Made by a program: the position numbers and the translations under genes | Part shown: in pieces, positions 58,436 to 64,000 of the stretch | Numbering within the stretch: the stretch's first letter is position 1 | Layout: every line of letters begins with the position of its first letter | From: an uncultured Eggerthella sp. | Lineage (GTDB): Bacteria; Actinomycetota; Coriobacteriia; Coriobacteriales; Eggerthellaceae | DNA: 64,000 nucleotides | Direction: 5' to 3' | NCBI GenBank assembly: GCA_902464295.1 | Contig: CABQIW010000002.1 | Location: forward strand, 17,237 to 81,236 | The notes under the pieces: generated by a model | Databases searched by the model: none | Told to the model about the DNA's origin: nothing | Seen by the model: the letters and a program-made list of their open reading frames with translations, nothing else

Positions 58436-59278
58436 ATGCAACAAGAGTTGATCATCGGATGCCACCTGTCTTCAGGAAAAGGTTATGAAGCGATGGCGAA
58501 GAGCGCGCAGAGCATCGACGCAAACACGTTCGCCTTCTTCACACGCAACCCGCGCGGAGGGGCCGCTAAAGCGATCGACCCAGAGGACATCAAACGCTTC
58601 GAACAAGCTTGCAAAGAGGCGGGCATCGATAAGATCGTTGCGCATGGCTCCTACACGATCAACCCGTGTTCAGCGAAGGAATCGGTGCGCGAATTCGCTC
58701 TTCAGGCGCTCGTGGATGATCTTGCGCGTATGGAGTACACGCCGAACCAGCTCTTCAACATGCATCCTGGCTCGCATACGGGGCAGGGGAGCGAAGTTGG
58801 GATCGAGCAGATCGCTGAAACTTTGAATCAAGTGATCACGCCCGATCAGACCACCACGCTCCTTCTTGAGACGATGGCAGGAAAAGGATCAGAGGTGGGA
58901 TCGACCTTCGAAGAGATCGCAGCGATCCGCGCGTGCATGGACCATCCTGAAAAAGTGGGCGTTTGCCTGGATACCTGTCATGTGTGGGATGCAGGGTACG
59001 ATATCAAGGACGATTTGGATGGCGTGCTCGATGAGTTCGATCGTCTGATCGGTCTCGAGCATCTGAAGGCGCTCCATATCAACGATTCCCTGAATACGTG
59101 CGGTGCGCATAAGGATCGGCATGCCCGTATCGGAGAAGGCCAGATTGGTGCAGAGGCGCTCGTGCGGGTGCTCGAACATCCTGCTTTGCGGGGGCTACCG
59201 GCCATTCTCGAAACGCCGAACGAGCTTCCTGGCTATGCCAAAGAGATCGCCTTCTTCCGCGAAGCTGTTGGTCGATGA
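58436..59278 (+). CDS. nfo: Endonuclease IV (AP endonuclease)
   Basis: IGCHLS, FTRNPRG, H.SY.IN, HPGSH, LETMAGKG, CLDTCH, HINDS, DRHA.IG.G.IG, ILETP. Confidence 0.95.
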   Translation: MQQELIIGCHLSSGKGYEAMAKSAQSIDANTFAFFTRNPRGGAAKAIDPEDIKRFEQACKEAGIDKIVAHGSYTINPCSAKESVREFALQALVDDLARMEYTPNQLFNMHPGSHTGQGSEVGIEQIAETLNQVITPDQTTTLLLETMAGKGSEVGSTFEEIAAIRACMDHPEKVGVCLDTCHVWDAGYDIKDDLDGVLDEFDRLIGLEHLKALHINDSLNTCGAHKDRHARIGEGQIGAEALVRVLEHPALRGLPAILETPNELPGYAKEIAFFREAVGR

Positions 59279-59540
59279 GAGCAAAAAAGATCAGCGTGGT
59301 TAATCAGCATGGTTAGATTCATGTCGCGTTGATGCGAAGAGGTCTCGTTTTCACGTGCAGCATAGGTGTGCAGTGCGCTTTCGTTCTTCTGCGGTTGATT
59401 CTGCAAGTTTCCTGATTGTTGCTTGCGTATCGCGGATTGATTGTTTACGATGAAAGCGTCTTTTACATCCCCCTCATTTTGCATATCGCGCAGCCTTCGT
59501 GCTCGCATACTGCCAATAGGTGTACCAGTCTAAGGAGGAC

Positions 59541-60209
59541 ATGGTGAAATTCTTTTTGGATACCGCTGATCTTAAGGAAATCGAGGAGGCGAATAGCTGG
59601 GGCGCGATCGCTGGCGTTACCACCAATCCTACGCTCTATTCGCGCGTCGGTGGCAAGCTTTCCGATTTCCATGAGCATATCAAAGCTATTTGCGACATCG
59701 TGCAAGGCCCCGTTTCGGCCGAATCGGTCGCGATGACGCGTGACGAGATCTTCGCCGATGGCAAGAAGCTCCACGCGATCGATCCAGAGCATGTGGTCGT
59801 TAAGGTCCCGACCATGATCGAAGGCCTAGCTGCAACGAAGATGCTCGCAGCTGAGGGCATTCCGGTGAACATGACGTTGTGCTTCACGGTGCCGCAGGCG
59901 ATCCTTGCTGCACGTAGTGGCGCTCGTTATATCTCTCCGTTCGTTGGTCGCTTCGACGATATTTCTGAAGATGGCATTCCGCAACTGGTGAATGTGGTCG
60001 AGGCCATGGCGAACTATGATTTTGGCCACGAATGCGAAGTCATCGCTGCGTCGATCCGTAGTGCGAACCATGTTACTCAGGCGGCGCTCATGGGTGCTGA
60101 TATCGCTACCGTGCCCTTCGGCGTTCTGAAGAAGTGCATCGAGCATCCTCTTACCGAGCGTGGTCTCGTTTCCTTCCTGAACGACTGGGAGAAAGTAGCT
60201 AACGCATGA
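59541..60209 (+). CDS. Transaldolase / fructose-6-phosphate aldolase family
   Basis: FFLDTA, GVTTNPTL, VVKVP, NMTL.F, YISPFVGR.DD, AASIR, HPLT..G; AAGGAGG RBS. Confidence 0.93.
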   Translation: MVKFFLDTADLKEIEEANSWGAIAGVTTNPTLYSRVGGKLSDFHEHIKAICDIVQGPVSAESVAMTRDEIFADGKKLHAIDPEHVVVKVPTMIEGLAATKMLAAEGIPVNMTLCFTVPQAILAARSGARYISPFVGRFDDISEDGIPQLVNVVEAMANYDFGHECEVIAASIRSANHVTQAALMGADIATVPFGVLKKCIEHPLTERGLVSFLNDWEKVANA

Positions 60210-61927
60210 GTGAAGACGTGCTCGAGCAGACCTCAGAAGCTATGACCGAGGAAAAACCGAAGGCAAAGCGAGGTCGTCCTCGTAAAGCGGACGCAGAAAA
60301 AGCGGCTGCGGATGTAGCTAAAGCTTCCGAAGAAGCGAGCGACTCACCTAAGCGCAAACGTGGTCGCCCGCGCAAGAATCCGCTTTCCGAAGAGGCGGCC
60401 GCTCCTGCAGTGGAAACAAAGCCTGAACCGAGCGCTCCGAAAGCGGAAGCGCCCGCAGAGCATGAGTCAGCTGCCAAGTCGTCAGGCGAGCGTACGCTCG
60501 ATCGCGCTGAGCGCAACAACAATAACAATAATCGCCGCAATAATCAGAAGAACAACCAGAAGAACCAAGGCAAGCAGAACAACAACAGCCATCGCCGTCA
60601 GCGCCGCCAGCATGGCAATAACTACCATCGCGAGCCGGTCGTTCCCCAAACCACACGGGAAGATCTCGAGAAGCTCAAGGTTGCTGAACTGCGTGAAAAG
60701 GCTGATGAGCTAGGCGTTGATCACAAAGGCCTCAAGAAGGCCGAGCTTGTTGATGCGGTGCTCGATGCGAGCGTGAAAGCAGAAGGTTTCGTTGAGACCG
60801 CAGGCGTGCTCGACATCCTTTCCGATGGGTATGGCTTCTTGCGTACAGGCGGTTATCTGCCTGGGGAGAACGATGTGTACGTGGGTCTGTCGATGATCCG
60901 TCGCAACGGCCTGCGCAAGGGCGATTACATCAAAGGAACGGTTCGCCCCGCACGTCCGAACGAAAAGTACGCGGCGCTGCAAGAGATCGAAAGTGTCAAT
61001 GGCACGCCCATCGCAGAGCTGGGCAAACGCGTGAAGTTCTCAGACCTCACTCCGGTATTTCCCGATGAGCGCTTGGTCATGGAGCATGGCAAGAACACGC
61101 TCACTGCACGCGTGATCGACTTGTGCTCACCGATCGGCAAGGGTCAGCGCGGCCTCATCGTTTCGCCGCCGAAGGCTGGCAAGACCACCATCTTGAAAGA
61201 CATCGCTGCTTCCATCACGGCGAACAATCCTGAAGTTCACCTCATGTGCTTGCTCGTCGATGAGCGCCCTGAAGAGGTCACCGATATGCAGCGTTCGATC
61301 CGTGGCGAGGTGATCGCCTCCACGTTCGATATGCCGAGCGAGAACCACATCGCCGTTTCCGAAATGGTCATCGAGCGCGCGAAGCGCATGGTCGAAGAGG
61401 GCAAGGATGTGGTCATCCTGCTCGATTCGCTCACGCGTCTTGCACGTGCCTACAACCTGGCGCAACCAGCATCGGGCCGCATCCTTTCCGGTGGTGTCGA
61501 TTCGACAGCGCTCTATCCGCCCAAGAAATTCTTGGGCGCAGCACGTAACATCGAAGGCGGCGGCAGCCTTACCATCTTGGCTTCCGCATTGGTCGATACG
61601 GGCTCGAAGATGGACGAGGTTATCTTCGAAGAGTTCAAGGGCACCGGCAATATGGAAGTGAAGCTCGATCGCGCGCTGGCAGACCGTCGCATCTTCCCAG
61701 CCATCGATCCGGTCGCTTCTGGTACGCGTCGCGAAGACCTGCTGCTCGATCAGCAAGAAGCGCCGCTCATTTGGGCTGTTCGCAGGGTCCTTGCGAGCCG
61801 CAACAGTACGGAGAATGCGATGAACTCGCTTCTGAAGAGCCTGCAACAAACCAACAGCAATCAAGAATTCTTGATCCGCGCCGCTAAGAAGTGGCAAGGT
61901 CGTCAATTGGAAGATGTCGAACTCTAA
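60206..61927 (+). CDS. rho: Transcription termination factor Rho with N-terminal extension
   Basis: [58 protein letters not shown]. Confidence 0.98.
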   Translation: MSEDVLEQTSEAMTEEKPKAKRGRPRKADAEKAAADVAKASEEASDSPKRKRGRPRKNPLSEEAAAPAVETKPEPSAPKAEAPAEHESAAKSSGERTLDRAERNNNNNNRRNNQKNNQKNQGKQNNNSHRRQRRQHGNNYHREPVVPQTTREDLEKLKVAELREKADELGVDHKGLKKAELVDAVLDASVKAEGFVETAGVLDILSDGYGFLRTGGYLPGENDVYVGLSMIRRNGLRKGDYIKGTVRPARPNEKYAALQEIESVNGTPIAELGKRVKFSDLTPVFPDERLVMEHGKNTLTARVIDLCSPIGKGQRGLIVSPPKAGKTTILKDIAASITANNPEVHLMCLLVDERPEEVTDMQRSIRGEVIASTFDMPSENHIAVSEMVIERAKRMVEEGKDVVILLDSLTRLARAYNLAQPASGRILSGGVDSTALYPPKKFLGAARNIEGGGSLTILASALVDTGSKMDEVIFEEFKGTGNMEVKLDRALADRRIFPAIDPVASGTRREDLLLDQQEAPLIWAVRRVLASRNSTENAMNSLLKSLQQTNSNQEFLIRAAKKWQGRQLEDVEL

Positions 61928-61959
61928 GCTTGTGCGCTCAGAGTGCGAAAGGGAATTCA

Positions 61960-62958
61960 ATGTCTGAAAACTCAGCTACCCCTGAAACAACTTCGCCCAC
62001 GCCTCCTCCTCCGGCAGGTCAGCCTTATGGCATGAACCAGCCTTATGTCGCAAAACGCGTGAAGAAACGAAAAGGGGTGCGCGTCTGGGTCGTGGTGCTC
62101 CTGGTGATTCTTGGCGTTCTTGTCGGTACGCTCGTAGGGAATAACGTCCGCGCCAATCCGTATTTCACATTCCAGGATTCCATTGGCGTGATCGATCTTG
62201 ATGGCACGATCGGCCAGGATGATGGCGCGAATACGCCCGAAGGGCTCCTTGCTCAGCTGCAAAGCGCCGCAAACGATCCGTCCATCAAAGCGGTCGTGCT
62301 TCGCGTGAATTCAGGCGGAGGTGCCGCGGCAGCTGGTGAAGAGATGGCGCAGTACGTGAAGGATTTTTCGAAGCCGATCGTGGTCTCGACCGCTTCGGGC
62401 AATGCTTCGGCGGCTTACCTCATTTCCTCGCAGGCCGACTATATCTATGCCAATGAAGCCTCGAGCATCGGTTCGATCGGCACGGTCATCCAGGTTACCG
62501 ATTACTCGAAGTTGCTCGACTTGCTCGGCATCGATGTGCGCACCATTACCTCTGCAGATAGCAAAGACGCTTCGTATGGGAATCGTCCGCTCACTGATGA
62601 AGAGGTGAAATACTTCCAAGCTCAGGTCGATCAGATCAACAAGAGCTTCATCGAATCAGTCGCTGAAGGTCGTGGTATGGAAGTTTCTGCTGTTCAGAAG
62701 CTTGCTACTGGCATGGCGTTCACGGGTGCCGATGGTGTGGAGAACGGACTTGTCGATGAGATCGGCACGTTCAAAGATGCGTGCAATAAAGCCGCTTCTC
62801 TTTCTGGTGCAAGCTCATATAGCATCAAGTATCTCGGTACGAAAGACCTGGGGCTTGTCGATGTCCTTTCGCTACTTTTAACAGCTGAAGAAAAACAACC
62901 GCAGGAATCAACGAACACGATCTTAGAAGGGGCTTCCACCAATGGACAGCTATCCTAG
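61960..62958 (+). CDS. sppA: Signal peptide peptidase SppA (36K type, S49)
   Basis: Single TM; KAVVLRVNSGGG, ASAAYLI, GSIG, GLVDEIG. Confidence 0.9.
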   Translation: MSENSATPETTSPTPPPPAGQPYGMNQPYVAKRVKKRKGVRVWVVVLLVILGVLVGTLVGNNVRANPYFTFQDSIGVIDLDGTIGQDDGANTPEGLLAQLQSAANDPSIKAVVLRVNSGGGAAAAGEEMAQYVKDFSKPIVVSTASGNASAAYLISSQADYIYANEASSIGSIGTVIQVTDYSKLLDLLGIDVRTITSADSKDASYGNRPLTDEEVKYFQAQVDQINKSFIESVAEGRGMEVSAVQKLATGMAFTGADGVENGLVDEIGTFKDACNKAASLSGASSYSIKYLGTKDLGLVDVLSLLLTAEEKQPQESTNTILEGASTNGQLS

Positions 62959-64000
62959 TCGCAACATCGTTTGGCCGCGTCGTGCGGTCGTGACCGCTGG
63001 CATGCCGTATGGCAATAAACCGTTGCATTTCGGGCATGTTGGCGGGGTGTTCGTGCCCGCTGACTGCTTCGCGCGCTTCCTGCGCGATAGGATCGGGCAC
63101 GAGAACGTATGCTTCGTTTCGGGGACCGACTGCTATGGTTCGCCGATCGAAGAGGGCTATCGCAAGGAAGTGGAAGCGGGAACGTTTTCCGGCACGATCA
63201 AGGAATACGTGAAGCGTAATCACGACCTCCAGGCTGAAACGCTCAAGCGCTACGACATAAGCCTTGATATCTACGAGGGCAGCGGGCTAGGGCATGCCGG
63301 GGAAGTGCAGCACACCATATCTGATGCCTATGTGAAGCGCCTTTACGATCACGGCTTCCTTCATCTCGAGAGCACCCAGCAGTTCTACGACACCAAAGAA
63401 GATATGTTCTTGAATGGTCGTCAGGTGGTGGGGCATTGCCCGGTTCAAGGTTGCAAGAGTGAAAAAGCCTATGCCGACGAATGCGATCTGGGCCATCAGT
63501 ACGATCCTGCTGATCTGATCAACCCTATTTCGTCGGTTTCGGGCACGGTGCCTGAGATGCGCACGGTGAACAACTGGTATTTCGATCTGCCCAGCCTTGC
63601 TTACATCGTGAAGGACTATGTCGAAGCGGCTGAACAGGACGAACAGGTTCGCCCGCTCGTTCCTAAGACCATCAAGGAATTCCTCGTTCCGCCCATCATC
63701 TATATAAAGGTGGAGCTCTACGATGCTTATACGCAGATCGCCGATAAGCTTCCTGCGCACGAATACCGTGATGCAGCCAAGGGCAAGCAGAGCTTCGAGC
63801 TCGAGTTCTCCTCGGTAGCTGATCGCGATCAGGCGCGTGGCGTGCTCACCGAAGCGAACATTCGCTTTCGAACCGGTAAGGCGCTCGTGCCGTTCCGTAT
63901 CTCGGGCAATGCTTCGTGGGGCATTCCGTGCCCAGAGATCGATGGCGTGAGCGGTCTTACGATCTGGTGCTGGCCGGAAAGCCTCTGGGCGCCGCTTTCC
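62942..64000 (+). CDS. metG: Methionyl-tRNA synthetase, partial (runs off window end)
   Basis: Manual translation from ATG 62942: MDSYPSRNIVWPRRAVVTAGMPYGNKPLHFGH (HIGH-like)...SGTDCYGSPI; Zn knuckle CPVQGC..ADECDLGH; WGIP.P. Confidence 0.9.
   Translation, partial: MDSYPSRNIVWPRRAVVTAGMPYGNKPLHFGHVGGVFVPADCFARFLRDRIGHENVCFVSGTDCYGSPIEEGYRKEVEAGTFSGTIKEYVKRNHDLQAETLKRYDISLDIYEGSGLGHAGEVQHTISDAYVKRLYDHGFLHLESTQQFYDTKEDMFLNGRQVVGHCPVQGCKSEKAYADECDLGHQYDPADLINPISSVSGTVPEMRTVNNWYFDLPSLAYIVKDYVEAAEQDEQVRPLVPKTIKEFLVPPIIYIKVELYDAYTQIADKLPAHEYRDAAKGKQSFELEFSSVADRDQARGVLTEANIRFRTGKALVPFRISGNASWGIPCPEIDGVSGLTIWCWPESLWAPLS

Noticed and set aside
59291..59316. 13-nt tandem repeat TCAGCGTGGTTAA/TCAGCATGGTTAG after nfo
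   Set aside because: Only two imperfect copies, with no supporting context

Overview
A 64 kb chromosomal window from a moderately high-GC Gram-positive anaerobe, most likely Coriobacteriia (Eggerthellaceae-like). This is inferred from gene content and style: a dcw cluster with murB and sepF but no ftsA, an extended Rho and a divergent MetRS. Most of the window is core genome: murJ plus the dcw cluster (mraZ to divIVA/yggU), rnpB, a TPP-riboswitch thiCED operon, CCA enzyme, recN, nfo, a transaldolase-family gene, rho, sppA and partial metG. The left 10 kb holds accessory genes: a GIY-YIG/AlkD fusion, an HSDH-like SDR, two back-to-back regulator+ABC modules, a crotonase and an orphan CapA. The most interesting part is a ~9.5 kb block between xerD and pyrG. 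It contains (i) an asnB / ATP-grasp D-Asp-ligase / alanine racemase / Asp-Glu racemase operon, in a genome whose MurE carries the mDAP-type DNPR motif; (ii) an ~800 bp non-coding stretch with mutually exclusive long hairpins; and (iii) three uncharacterised genes: a P-loop kinase, a 654-aa Zn-amidohydrolase + double-psi-barrel-like + 2TM fusion, and a small acidic protein. Other oddities are an RNase P RNA with a ~175-nt P12 arm, a 158-bp MITE-like fold-back next to it, inverted MraZ-box arrays, a Rho with two AT-hook-like motifs and an N/Q-rich tract, and a UbiB kinase with KxGQ changed to KxGP. No tRNA, rRNA, CRISPR array, transposase or prophage was seen. All calls come from motif recognition by eye; no searches were run.
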